A DNA stretch of 64,000 nucleotides from Deltaproteobacteria bacterium (GTDB lineage: Bacteria > Myxococcota_A > Polyangia > Fen-1088), in contig JANRKS010000002.1 of assembly GCA_033763315.1 (NCBI GenBank), positions 96,001 through 160,000 on the forward strand. Reading direction: 5' to 3'. A program made the translations under genes and the position numbers. The notes below the pieces were generated by a model. The model saw nothing but the letters and a program-made list of their open reading frames with translations, was not told where the DNA came from and did not search any database. Below, piece by piece: positions 20,352-30,149 of the stretch. The stretch's first letter is position 1, and every line of letters begins with the position of its first letter.

Positions 20352-21179
20352 CTAACTTCTTCCTGCCAGCTTGTAAGCGATGGAGCGGCCAACGGTAACG
20401 CTCGTGAATGTATCAGTCACACCAATGAGTGACTCGGAAGCGCCCAAGAACACCACGCCGTCTGGGCGCACGTGAGCCACCAGCCTGTCCATGATCAGAC
20501 GCCGCGTGGCCGTGCTGAAGTAGATGAGGACGTTTCGAAGGAACACGATGTCTAACGACGGCAAACCTGACCACGGGGCCACGAGGTTCAATTGCCGCCA
20601 CGAAATTGCGTTGCGCAGATAATCCTTGGCGCGCCAACCGTCGGTGGTTCGCTCAAAGTGTTTCACCATCAACTGGGCCGGCAGGCCACGGCCTATCTCA
20701 ACTTGATTGAACACACCTTCGCGCGCCCGATCGAGGATCGACGTTGCGACATCTGTGGCCATAATGTCGATCTGCCAGGAGGCCAGTTGCGGAAAATGCT
20801 CGCGCACCAACATGGCGATGCTGTAGGGCTCCTGGCCTGTTGAACAGGCCGCGCACCAAATGTTGATCCGGCGTTCGCTGCTGCGTGCGGCGATGAGCGC
20901 AGGTATGACGTGGTGTTTGAGTGCCTCAAACGGATGTACATCACGAAAGAAGCTCGTCTCGTTGGTTGTCATGGCTTCAACCGACGCCAGGGCCTCGGCC
21001 CCGTCTGGATGAAGCCTGCACTGAGTCACCAGATCTGAGAGATCCTTGAGGTTGAACTTGCGCGCGACAGGCAGCAAGCGCGACTCCGCAAGATACGCCT
21101 GCCTGTCGTCAAGCACGATCGAGGTGCGCTTGAGAACCAACTCCCTCACGAAGTCGAAGTCTGCTCGCAGAAGGCTCAC
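20352..21179 (-). CDS. cheR: Chemotaxis methyltransferase CheR
   Basis: TTNETSFFRD, IWCAACSTGQEPYS, ATD, RNVLIYF. Confidence 0.95.
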   Translation of the reverse strand: MSLLRADFDFVRELVLKRTSIVLDDRQAYLAESRLLPVARKFNLKDLSDLVTQCRLHPDGAEALASVEAMTTNETSFFRDVHPFEALKHHVIPALIAARSSERRINIWCAACSTGQEPYSIAMLVREHFPQLASWQIDIMATDVATSILDRAREGVFNQVEIGRGLPAQLMVKHFERTTDGWRAKDYLRNAISWRQLNLVAPWSGLPSLDIVFLRNVLIYFSTATRRLIMDRLVAHVRPDGVVFLGASESLIGVTDTFTSVTVGRSIAYKLAGRS

Positions 21180-22276
21180 GGCGTCCTCCGGTGCGTCGGC
21201 AACCCGCCGCGGAGGGTCGACTCATGCACCTTTGTCAGCTCTGCCGCGATGGCATCCAATGGCAACACACGGCACGCATGGCCCGCCCGCAGCACAGCGC
21301 TTGGCATGCCCCACACCACGGAGCTGGCTTCATCTTGAACCCACACGCTGCCCCCGCCGGCCACTGCGGCGCCGCATCCTTTCGTGCCGTCGGCGCCAAG
21401 TCCCGTCATGATGATGGTCAGAAGATGGCTGCCGTAGTGCCGCGCCGCTGAACGCAGCAAAACATCAACTGAAGGGCGGCAGCCATTTTCAGGGGCGTTC
21501 TTGTCGAGCACCGTTCGCAGCTGACCATGGGCGTCTGCGGCCAACGTCATGTGTTGATCACCGGGTGCAAGCAGCACCACGCCGGGTTTGATGACCTCGC
21601 CTCCAGTGGCTTCTTGAACCTTCAGCTTGCCTGTGCTGCTCAGCCGCTCGGCCATCATCTTGGTGAACGTGGCCGGCATGTGTTGCACGATGAGGAGCGG
21701 GACGCTGAAGTTGGCCGGCAAGAACGGGATGACCTGTGCCAAAGCCACGGGGCCGCCCGTGGAGATGCCAATCACGATGAGGCCGACAGGCGCTTGTGAT
21801 GGCGCGGCCAACATCGGCTGCGCGGTTGGACCCGCGATCGCCTTGCGCCCGGATTCTGTGGCAGAGTCGCTTGAGCGGCGTGTGGCAAGCGCCACCACCT
21901 TTGGCACGAGCAGGTCGCGCAGCAGCTCGCGTGATTTATCGATGCCGCCACCCGTGGGCTTGCTGAGGTAATCAGAGGCGCCAAGCGCCAAGGCGTCCAG
22001 CGTGGCTCTGGCGCCGCGGTCGCTCAAGGTGGAGAACACAACGACGGGCAGGCGGCTGTTGCGTTTGCGCAGCTCACGGAGCACGCCGAAGCCGTCGAGG
22101 TTGGGCATCTCAAGGTCAAGCACCATGACGTGCGGGTTAAATGTGGTGACCTTTTCAAGCGCGGCAATGCCATCTTGAGCGGAAGCTGTGGTGATGTTGG
22201 GTTCACGCCCGAGCTCGTCGCAAAGAACCTTACGAATGACCAGCGAGTCGTCGACGACGAGGACGCGTATGCTCAT
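21176..22276 (-). CDS. cheB: Chemotaxis response regulator methylesterase CheB
   Basis: REC plus GISTGGP, QHMP, RPSVD, MTGLGADG, VWGMP. Confidence 0.95.
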   Translation of the reverse strand: MSIRVLVVDDSLVIRKVLCDELGREPNITTASAQDGIAALEKVTTFNPHVMVLDLEMPNLDGFGVLRELRKRNSRLPVVVFSTLSDRGARATLDALALGASDYLSKPTGGGIDKSRELLRDLLVPKVVALATRRSSDSATESGRKAIAGPTAQPMLAAPSQAPVGLIVIGISTGGPVALAQVIPFLPANFSVPLLIVQHMPATFTKMMAERLSSTGKLKVQEATGGEVIKPGVVLLAPGDQHMTLAADAHGQLRTVLDKNAPENGCRPSVDVLLRSAARHYGSHLLTIIMTGLGADGTKGCGAAVAGGGSVWVQDEASSVVWGMPSAVLRAGHACRVLPLDAIAAELTKVHESTLRGGLPTHRRTP

Positions 22277-22277
22277 G

Positions 22278-22652
22278 TCAGGCGTCCAATAGCCCCATCA
22301 GAACCAATTTTTCCCTGAAGCCATCTCGGCTAAAAGGCTTGATGAGATATTCATCCGCGCCTGCGTCGAGGGCGTCCAGGATCTTGTTGGCCTCCGCTTC
22401 GGTGGTGACCATCATCATGCGAACGGCGGCGTGAGCGGGGTTCTGCCGTACGATCTTCAAGAATGAGAAGCCGTCCATTTCGGGCATGTTCCAGTCAATC
22501 AGTGCCACGTCTAGCGGCAACGAGCGCGCGAACACCTCCAGCGCTTCGCGGCCATTCCCCGCCTCAGCGACGACGTCAATCCCCAGCTTGTTCAAGAAAT
22601 TGCGCAGCATGCTCCGCATGGCTCGCGAGTCGTCTATGATCATTGCCCGCAT
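22278..22652 (-). CDS. cheY: CheY-like response regulator
   Basis: IIDDS, IDWNMP, KPF; start refined to ATG 22652. Confidence 0.9.
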   Translation of the reverse strand: MRAMIIDDSRAMRSMLRNFLNKLGIDVVAEAGNGREALEVFARSLPLDVALIDWNMPEMDGFSFLKIVRQNPAHAAVRMMMVTTEAEANKILDALDAGADEYLIKPFSRDGFREKLVLMGLLDA

Positions 22653-22669
22653 CTGACCGGTTCGCTCCC

Positions 22670-23830
22670 TCAATACGCAAATTGCGAAAGCACCTTCTTG
22701 AGCCCGTCTGCCATGCGGGTAATCTCGTCAGCGGCACGGCGCGTGTCGGCCGCGCCCGACGACGTGCTTCGCGCGGCATCCGCCACACCGGCGATGTTGC
22801 TGCTGATCTCTTGCGTGCTACGCGCTCCATCACCCAGCGTATGCGCGATCTCTGAAGCGATGGACCGTTGCTCCTCTAAGGCTGTGCTGATCGCGCTTTG
22901 CATGTCGTTGACGCCGGAAATAACCGCCTTGATGTCACCGATGGCGGCGACGGCAGATTGTGTGTCACCGCGGATGGCTTCAATCTTCCGCGCGATGTCC
23001 GCCGTGGCGCGCGCCGTTTCGTTGGCGAGTTCCTTTACTTCATTTGCTACGACCGCAAAGCCACGTCCCGCGTCGCCTGCGCGCGCGGCTTCGATGGTGG
23101 CATTGAGTGCCAAAAGGTTGGTTTGCTCCGCGATGCTGTTGATGATGCGAACGATTTTGCCAATGTCAGCGCTAGAATCGCCCAAACGTCGAATGGCGCC
23201 ACTGGCTGATTCCACAGCCTTAACCGCTTGCATGGAGGCGCCCGTCGCTTTGGAGCTGTTGTCCGAAACCTCCTGAACAGACGCCTTCATCTGATCGGTT
23301 GCGCCCGCCACAGATGTCACATTCCGCATCACTTGCGCCGAGGCGGCCGTCACCACGTTGGCCTGCGCGGCGGTTTCTTCGGCATTGGCGCTCATCTGCT
23401 CGCTCACCATCCGCAGTTCGTCCGCGGCTAGTGTCAATGTGTCGCTTTGCGACTTGACCTTCAAAAGTGTGCTTCGCAATGTCTCAACCGTTTGGTTGAT
23501 GGAGTTCGCTAAGTCCGAGAGCTCGTTCTGATCCGCGTTGTTAAGCCGTGCGGTCAGATCGTTGTTCGCCACGGCTTCAAGTACGCGTTGGGCTTCCTTG
23601 ATCGGCAAATCGAACGAACGAACGATTCCCCCGGCCACGGAACGGGCAAGTACGAAGAACGCGATCGCGGTGGCAGAGCAGATCACGACGGGCATAACGA
23701 GGCTCCGCCCCGCCGCGGCCTCGCGAAACGCGAAGAATGCAATTGCGGTTTGAGCCCCAAGGCCCACAAGCGTGACCGAGGTGACTCGTGAGAGCCCGCG
23801 GCGGATGGAGCTACTGGTGTTTGAAGGCAT
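22670..23830 (-). CDS. Methyl-accepting chemotaxis protein (2 TM + HAMP, no periplasmic sensor)
   Basis: [37 protein letters not shown]. Confidence 0.95.
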   Translation of the reverse strand: MPSNTSSSIRRGLSRVTSVTLVGLGAQTAIAFFAFREAAAGRSLVMPVVICSATAIAFFVLARSVAGGIVRSFDLPIKEAQRVLEAVANNDLTARLNNADQNELSDLANSINQTVETLRSTLLKVKSQSDTLTLAADELRMVSEQMSANAEETAAQANVVTAASAQVMRNVTSVAGATDQMKASVQEVSDNSSKATGASMQAVKAVESASGAIRRLGDSSADIGKIVRIINSIAEQTNLLALNATIEAARAGDAGRGFAVVANEVKELANETARATADIARKIEAIRGDTQSAVAAIGDIKAVISGVNDMQSAISTALEEQRSIASEIAHTLGDGARSTQEISSNIAGVADAARSTSSGAADTRRAADEITRMADGLKKVLSQFAY

Positions 23831-23856
23831 CGAACGGCTCTCTCTTCCCTAGGTGG

Positions 23857-24288
23857 TCAAAGTTCCGAAGCGTCCATGGCGCGAACGGCGTCGAGAACCA
23901 GCAACAAGCGCTTTTCTAGTTTGAAGGCGCCGCGTAGCAAGCGGCGGCCCTCGCCTTGGAGGGTCTCGGGAATGGGTTCGAAATCCTCCGAAGGAACCTC
24001 AATCACGTCTGCAACCCGATCAACCAAGAAGCTGACCAACCCGTCCTGACCACGCAGCAAGACGTTGAACGACTTTTTGCCAGGTGGCAGCGGTGCAAAC
24101 CCAAAGCGATGTCGCAAATCGACCACCGGCACGATTTGTCCACGTAGGTTCATCAAGCCCTTGATCGCTGGTGGCGCCAGCGGAACTTGGGTGAGAGGCT
24201 GTTGCCTCAACACCTCTTGCACCCGCAGCGCGTCTACGGCGAGGAAATACGAATCCAAGTAGAACGTGCAGAGCTGTTCCATGGTCAA
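23857..24288 (-). CDS. cheW: CheW coupling protein
   Basis: VQEV...T.VPLAP..IKGLMNLRGQIVPVVDLR. Confidence 0.95.
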   Translation of the reverse strand: MTMEQLCTFYLDSYFLAVDALRVQEVLRQQPLTQVPLAPPAIKGLMNLRGQIVPVVDLRHRFGFAPLPPGKKSFNVLLRGQDGLVSFLVDRVADVIEVPSEDFEPIPETLQGEGRRLLRGAFKLEKRLLLVLDAVRAMDASEL

Positions 24289-26495
24289 GCCGACTTCAGC
24301 AGTGAACGGGCTTGCTCTTCTCCAAGCACCGCGGACAAAACATAGTCAAGGTCAAGGATCTCGGCGATGCGTGACTGAAGGATCAATGTGCCAGCCACAC
24401 CCGGCCGTGTGCCCGCATGTTGCAACGTCACGGGGCCTTCAACGATGTCCAGGATGTCGGCCACCACAAGCCCCATATAGGCACCTGGGCGACCGAACAC
24501 GATGACGTTGGCTTCGTTGTTGCTCGCCTCCGGCGCGTCGCTGCGGGGGCGTGAGCGCCGTTCAATAACCACGCGCTCAACCGGCACCACGGGCATGATG
24601 TCATCGCGGTACTGAATTGCCTCGTGCTCCCCCGATGGCTCCAGCTGATCTGTTCTGATGATCTCAAGGCGCGCCACGCTGGCCAGCGGAATCGCCATTC
24701 GCCCATCGTCGGGCCCGCGGAACAACAAGTATGTGCACCGCTCCTGTGCTGCGAGCACGAGGTCAGATAGCTTTGGCAAAGCCGCGCGTTCGCGGATCTC
24801 GGACACCACATGCCCCCGTTGAGCCAATCCCAATGTGTCCAGGATCAGCGCCACACGGCCGTCCCCCAGGATTGTTGCGCCAGCGAAGATGCCAATGTCT
24901 TTCACCTGCTTCGGCAACGGTTTGACCACGATCTCCTGTTGGCCCGTGACGTTCTCGACCACCAAACCAAACTGGCGGCCGCTGGCTTGCAGCACCACGA
25001 TGTAGAAAGAGGTGCGGCTAACGGAGGAAGGCCTGCCGATCTGTTCGTCGAAGAATATGAGCTGCAACAGCTTGCCGCGCAGGCGGTACACGGGAGCGCC
25101 ATGCACATATTCGATCAGTTGCTCATTGCGACCCTCTTCCACACGCACAAGCTCAAGCAGATTCACCTGAGGAACCGCGAAGCGGTCGGACCCGGAGGCC
25201 ACGAGCAACGCCGGCACGATCGCTAAGGTCAAGGGAATGCGCAGACGGAATGTCGTGCCCTTGCCCAACTGGGTCTCCACTTCAACGGTGCCGCCGATGG
25301 CCTCAACGTTGGTTTTGACAACGTCCATGCCCACGCCACGGCCCGACACGTTCGTCACTTGATCTGCGGTGGAGAACCCGGGCAGGAAGATGAGGCTTGT
25401 GAGCTCCGGCTCGGTGAGCCCTGCCACTTGTTCGGGCGTCACCAGGTTGCGTGCCAAGGCTTTGGCTTTGACTTTGTCGAGTGGGATCCCTGCGCCGTCG
25501 TCGCTCATCTCGATGTTAACTTGGCCACCTTGGTGAAAGGCGCGCACAAGGATGCGCCCTTCGGCGGGCTTGCCTCGCGCCTGACGCACGTCGGGCGGTT
25601 CGATGCCGTGATCCACCGCATTGCGGATGAGGTGGGTGAGGGGATCCTTGATGGCTTCGATGAGCGTCTTGTCGAGCTCGGTGTTCTTGCCCTCCAATTC
25701 AACGCGGACGAGTTTGCGACAGCCACGTGCGAGATCGCGGACGATCCGAGGAAACTTGCTGAACACGCTGTCCACTGGTTGCATGCGCATGCGCATGATT
25801 CCCTCTTGCAGCGCGATCGTGATCAGGTTCAGGCGCTGGGCGGCGGCGGACGACAAGGCGTCAGCGCGCGTGGAGGGCATCTGCATGATCTGATTGCGGG
25901 TCAAGACCAGCTCCCCCGCGAAGTCCATCAGGTGGTCGATCAGCCCCACGTCGACGCGCACCGTTTCGTTGGCAGTGTGACTCTCGTGTTGGGCGGGTGC
26001 GTGTGCGTCCACTGCAATTGGTTCCTCCACCGCCGGCTCGGGCGCGATGTGAACGGGGGCGGGGGGCGCAGCAGGAGCTACGGGTTCGGATCGTTTGATT
26101 TGAACAGCCTCGCCTGCGGCCATCTGGCGCAACGTTTCGGTCAACTCCGAGTAATCCTTGTCGCCGTCGGTGGCACCAACCTCAACCTCATCAAGCATGG
26201 CGCGGATGGCATCAACCATGGCCAACAGGGCGGTGGTCTTCGCGTCGTCCAATCGAATCTCGCCGTCCCGCATGCGGCTGAGCAAGCTTTCACCGGCATG
26301 TGTCAGCGCTTCCAATTTCGTGAAGCCCAAAAAGCCCGACGTTCCCTTCACGGTATGCGCGCAACGAAAGATCCGCGCCAACAGCTCCTTGTCGTCGGGC
26401 GTCTCTTCGAGCGCTACGAGATCGCGGTCCAACTGATCCAAGCCTTCACGACTTTCGACCAGGAACTCGGCGACAATCTCTTGCATTCCGTCCAT
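24285..26495 (-). CDS. cheA: CheA histidine kinase with two CheW-like domains
   Basis: IFRCAHTVKG (HPt), TVRVDV, HLIRNAVDHGIE, SGRGVGMDVV, PLTLAI, GATILGDG, then a second CheW-like domain. Confidence 0.95.
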   Translation of the reverse strand: MDGMQEIVAEFLVESREGLDQLDRDLVALEETPDDKELLARIFRCAHTVKGTSGFLGFTKLEALTHAGESLLSRMRDGEIRLDDAKTTALLAMVDAIRAMLDEVEVGATDGDKDYSELTETLRQMAAGEAVQIKRSEPVAPAAPPAPVHIAPEPAVEEPIAVDAHAPAQHESHTANETVRVDVGLIDHLMDFAGELVLTRNQIMQMPSTRADALSSAAAQRLNLITIALQEGIMRMRMQPVDSVFSKFPRIVRDLARGCRKLVRVELEGKNTELDKTLIEAIKDPLTHLIRNAVDHGIEPPDVRQARGKPAEGRILVRAFHQGGQVNIEMSDDGAGIPLDKVKAKALARNLVTPEQVAGLTEPELTSLIFLPGFSTADQVTNVSGRGVGMDVVKTNVEAIGGTVEVETQLGKGTTFRLRIPLTLAIVPALLVASGSDRFAVPQVNLLELVRVEEGRNEQLIEYVHGAPVYRLRGKLLQLIFFDEQIGRPSSVSRTSFYIVVLQASGRQFGLVVENVTGQQEIVVKPLPKQVKDIGIFAGATILGDGRVALILDTLGLAQRGHVVSEIRERAALPKLSDLVLAAQERCTYLLFRGPDDGRMAIPLASVARLEIIRTDQLEPSGEHEAIQYRDDIMPVVPVERVVIERRSRPRSDAPEASNNEANVIVFGRPGAYMGLVVADILDIVEGPVTLQHAGTRPGVAGTLILQSRIAEILDLDYVLSAVLGEEQARSLLKSA

Positions 26496-26520
26496 GAAGG
26501 GCGCTTTAACTCCGGGTTAT

Positions 26521-26547
26521 GTATCGGCGGTCTTGGGTCGGTCTTGA
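26521..26547 (-). promoter_or_regulatory. Candidate sigma-28 promoter of che operon 1
   Basis: Minus strand TCAAG-N14-GCCGATAC, ~25 nt upstream of the cheA ATG. Confidence 0.65.
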
Positions 26548-26630
26548 GAAGACAAGCCAGGTCCACTGCAGATGCGCGATGCGTTGCGCTTTTTAGCCGA
26601 CCGCCGGGCGCTTTGGTGTATTGTCAGGCC

Positions 26631-29291
26631 GTGACCGTGGCAGGCCTCTGTGTGATCGCAACCATGACCACGATGGTGGCCGCCGCATACGCGTGGCGGT
26701 TCCGGCGCCAAAAAGCATCAGCGCGCGCGATCGCCCTCTATTGTGCGTCGTTGGCTGCGTGGAACGCGCTGCACTTCATTGAGATCCGCACTGGCGGCTT
26801 GGCAGGAAAGGTCGTGGCCGACAGCCTTCAATACCTGGCGATCGGCGTTGCGGGCGCGGCCATCTACCGCGTGGCTTGGCACGAACTGGCCTGGGCGCGG
26901 TTGGGGCAAAAACTGTTTGGCTTTCTGGGCGGCTCTGCATTTGTGACCAGCGTTGTGGCCGCCTTTGCCGGTCTTGCCGGGCGCCCAGAAGCAAGGCTCT
27001 CAGTCTCATCACCCGCCATTCTTGAGTATCCCTTTACCGCCATGGATACGATTGCGTCCCTGGTCTTTTACACCGAGGTGTTTGTGGTGGTGGTCTTGCT
27101 GCTCCGCAAGCTTGCGGGCGAGCCTGCCGTATGGGCGCGGCGCACATTGGCTCTCCTTGGCGCCTTGGCCTTGCCGAGTGTCGTTGCCTTTTTTTCACTG
27201 GCCGTGGGCTTGACGATTCAGGGCGACAGAGACACGTCGCCCGCGAGCAGCATCATCGTCAGTGTATGCGTGTTTTGGCTCATGCGTCGATCCGTCGCCG
27301 CCAACATCACGCCGCTTGGCCGTCAAGCCGTGTTCGAGGCGATTCAGGACGCTGTGTTCGTGATCGACGCCAGCGCCAACGTTATAGACATCAATCATGC
27401 GGCCTGTGCTTTGGTCGGCGTGCGACCTCAGGACGTCGTGGGCAAACCAGTTCACGACATAAAAACGCGTCTCCCCGCTTTGGGCACCTGCTTCGCTGTG
27501 CAGCCACAATTGCATAGCCGTTTGGAAATCGATCTCACGCTTGCGGGGGAAATTCGCCACTTTGAGGTCAGCCAGCACGCCGTAAAGGCAGAAGGTGAGA
27601 TTGTTTTGGGAACGGCGATTCTGCTGCGCGATGCAACCATCGCCGTGCAGTCCCGGCGCGCGCTTTCCGCTTCGCACGCACAAGCGCAATCGGCGCTACT
27701 TCAATCTGAAGAGCGGTTCCGCACACTTTTGGATCAAACGTATCAGGTGATCTTGATGCTGGACGGGGACGGCAACGTAAAGTTCGCCAATCGTGCGGCC
27801 TTGGGCTTTTTCCACACCAAGTTAGACGACGTCATCGGCAAGCCGTGGTCCGCATTGTTGCAGGCTGGGGTTCCACACGATCACCAGGAGAACATGGGCG
27901 CGGCTTTGACCCATGCTAAGGACGGCGCGTTTGAGCGCATCGTGGTGCCGTTTGAGCCAAACGCCGGAGCCAAGCGCGTGCTGGACGTCTCGTTGACCCC
28001 CGTCCGCAGCGCCACGGGCCCTGTTCACGAGATCATTCTTGAGGGCCGTGACATCACAGCCATGTTGGAATCGCAGGCCAAAGGCGAATCCTTGCAGCGG
28101 CAGTTGTTCCAATCGCAGCGTTTGGAAGCTGTGGGGCGCATGGCTGGAGGTGTTGCGCATGACTTTAACAACCTCCTCATGGTGATCCTAGGTAACGTTA
28201 GCGTCTTGACCGAAGACCATTCGGTCAAGCCTGAGCAACGCGTATGTTTGGAAGACATCGAAAGGGCCGCGGTGACAGCGTCTGAGGTGGTCAAACAATT
28301 GCTTACGTTCAGTCGTCCGCGCTCGGTGGGGCACGACGTTGTAGAGCTGACCGATGTGCTGGCGCGCACGCAAAGCCTTGCCGTTCATACCGCGGGCGAT
28401 GGCGTACGATTCGCCTGGCGGGTGCAGGAAGGCCTGTGGCCGATCGTTGGTGATGCCACGCAGGTGCAGCAAATCTTGTTGAACTTGGTGGCCAATGCCC
28501 GAGACGCCACGCCTGAAGGTGGGTCGGTTGAAGTGGACATCCGCAACGTTTCGATTGCACCTGAGCAGAAAAGCCATGGCACCAACAGCCGTCCTGGCAA
28601 CTTCGTGTTGTTTCAGGTTACGGACGCCGGCACCGGGATGTCGACCGCGGTTATTGAACGTGCGTTCGATCCCTTCTTCACCACCAAGCCAGAGGGGCGA
28701 GGTACAGGATTGGGTTTGTCTGTCGTGTATGGCGCCGTCCAGGGGATGGAGGGTTTTCTCGAGCTGCGTTCTGAGGTCGGCAAGGGGACCACGTTTGAGA
28801 TCTACTTGCCTGCGGCCGATCCATCGACCAGAAGAGCCTCACAGGATGCGGTTTTGGTGAAGCAGGCGCCCCTCAAGTCGACGGTCTGGGTGGTTGATGA
28901 CCAAAGCGCCGTGTTGCTCACGATGAAACGGATCCTGGAGCATCATGGCTGCACCGTGCATGTGTTCGACGATCCGGAGGGTGCGCTGGCAGCAGCGCAA
29001 ACTGAAAGCACAGCGCCCGAAATTTTGATTACCGATCTAAGCATGCCGCGGATGTCCGGCACGGGATTGGCGCGCGCGCTGGTGCAACGTTGGCCGCAGC
29101 TGCGGGTGTTGTTTGTGTCGGGATACCCCGACATCGATTCGAAGGAGCTCGACGTCGGCGCGGCTTGTGTGGAACTGATGGTTAAGCCGTTTTCTGCAGA
29201 GGACTTCCTTCAGAAACTGAACGACTTACGAATGACGTCGGTTGACCGCGCCGTTGGGATCGGAGCGGTTCATCAATCTTCAAGAGGCTGA
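26631..29291 (+). CDS. Hybrid sensor histidine kinase: 7TM (HisKA_7TM-like) - PAS - PAS - HisKA - HATPase - REC
   Basis: Multiple TM segments, two PAS-like segments, AGGVAHDFNNLL, NLVANARDA, FFTTK..GRGTGLGL, C-terminal REC; real start near GTG 26631 or ATG 26664. Confidence 0.9.
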   Translation: MTVAGLCVIATMTTMVAAAYAWRFRRQKASARAIALYCASLAAWNALHFIEIRTGGLAGKVVADSLQYLAIGVAGAAIYRVAWHELAWARLGQKLFGFLGGSAFVTSVVAAFAGLAGRPEARLSVSSPAILEYPFTAMDTIASLVFYTEVFVVVVLLLRKLAGEPAVWARRTLALLGALALPSVVAFFSLAVGLTIQGDRDTSPASSIIVSVCVFWLMRRSVAANITPLGRQAVFEAIQDAVFVIDASANVIDINHAACALVGVRPQDVVGKPVHDIKTRLPALGTCFAVQPQLHSRLEIDLTLAGEIRHFEVSQHAVKAEGEIVLGTAILLRDATIAVQSRRALSASHAQAQSALLQSEERFRTLLDQTYQVILMLDGDGNVKFANRAALGFFHTKLDDVIGKPWSALLQAGVPHDHQENMGAALTHAKDGAFERIVVPFEPNAGAKRVLDVSLTPVRSATGPVHEIILEGRDITAMLESQAKGESLQRQLFQSQRLEAVGRMAGGVAHDFNNLLMVILGNVSVLTEDHSVKPEQRVCLEDIERAAVTASEVVKQLLTFSRPRSVGHDVVELTDVLARTQSLAVHTAGDGVRFAWRVQEGLWPIVGDATQVQQILLNLVANARDATPEGGSVEVDIRNVSIAPEQKSHGTNSRPGNFVLFQVTDAGTGMSTAVIERAFDPFFTTKPEGRGTGLGLSVVYGAVQGMEGFLELRSEVGKGTTFEIYLPAADPSTRRASQDAVLVKQAPLKSTVWVVDDQSAVLLTMKRILEHHGCTVHVFDDPEGALAAAQTESTAPEILITDLSMPRMSGTGLARALVQRWPQLRVLFVSGYPDIDSKELDVGAACVELMVKPFSAEDFLQKLNDLRMTSVDRAVGIGAVHQSSRG

Positions 29292-30075
29292 GGCTGTTTT
29301 GCGCGCGCGTTGGATTTGGGTATGGGGAGGGATAATGATGGCGGCGACGTTCGGCTTCGGCGAAGCGCGTGCAGCCGATCTTGGTATCAGTCCACCCAGC
29401 AACCGCCTGTTCGTGTCGGGCGAAGCGGCGGCGGGCGGGATGGTCCGCAGCCAGGTGGCGCTGGGTTACGGAAGGCCACACCAAGCGTGGAGCGGTGCCG
29501 AGGTGTGGGGGCTCACGTTCTCCACCTTCGGCAGCGTGGGCGCGTCTTTGCGCGGAAAACTTCCGTTCATCGATGCGAACATCGGCATTCGGCAAACGTG
29601 GGCGTATCAATTTGGGAGGCTGCCTCCGGAGGAGCATCACAGGGGCGTTGACGATTCTGGCGCACAGAATCGCTACGTGGCGATCGACGCCGGCGTCACG
29701 CTCTATGCGCCGGCACCGTACGGGTATGCGTTTGTGTGGGCCGACCTAACCTTGCCCGACATTCCCAACGATGCGCACATTTACGAAGAGCATCTGCGTG
29801 CCATTGTCGGGCGTGGCGCTTCGTGGGCCGTGCGGCCAACTTATCTGTTCGCCACGAACGAAAGCCGATTGTCGTTCGGTCCGATGCTTGAGTATGTGCG
29901 GTTGGGTGGCCGTCGAGCTGGCATGTGGAGGGTGGGGGGCTGCGTGTTTTATGAACTGTCTAAGCGTTGGGACTTTGGCCTTGTGCTCACGGGCGCCGTA
30001 TCAGGACCCGATGAGTTGTCGCTGTGGGATGGCATGTGGGGCACGGGACGTTTTCGCTACCGCTGGTCCCTTTAA
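29242..30075 (+). CDS. Hypothetical exported, probable beta-barrel protein (start uncertain)
   Basis: Signal-like ...GEARA-ADL, aromatic/Gly amphipathic strands, ends GRFRYRWSL. Confidence 0.5.
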   Translation: MTAPLGSERFINLQEAEAVLRARWIWVWGGIMMAATFGFGEARAADLGISPPSNRLFVSGEAAAGGMVRSQVALGYGRPHQAWSGAEVWGLTFSTFGSVGASLRGKLPFIDANIGIRQTWAYQFGRLPPEEHHRGVDDSGAQNRYVAIDAGVTLYAPAPYGYAFVWADLTLPDIPNDAHIYEEHLRAIVGRGASWAVRPTYLFATNESRLSFGPMLEYVRLGGRRAGMWRVGGCVFYELSKRWDFGLVLTGAVSGPDELSLWDGMWGTGRFRYRWSL

Positions 30076-30089
30076 ACGCCCCGCGGATT

Positions 30090-30107
30090 CTGCGCCTTAA
30101 GGCGCAG
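30090..30107. promoter_or_regulatory. Perfect 18-bp palindrome upstream of class III kinase 1
   Basis: CTGCGCCTTAAGGCGCAG equals its own reverse complement; intergenic. Confidence 0.4.
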
Positions 30108-30149
30108 CTCGCTTCCTCCGAGTAACCCGACAACATTTATGGAGCGGGC

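Noticed and set aside
25359-26630. N-terminal ~424 aa of the 1310-aa ORF overlapping cheA on the opposite strand
   Set aside because: Antisense shadow of cheA in GC-rich DNA with no domain character; the kinase's TM region begins at ~26631
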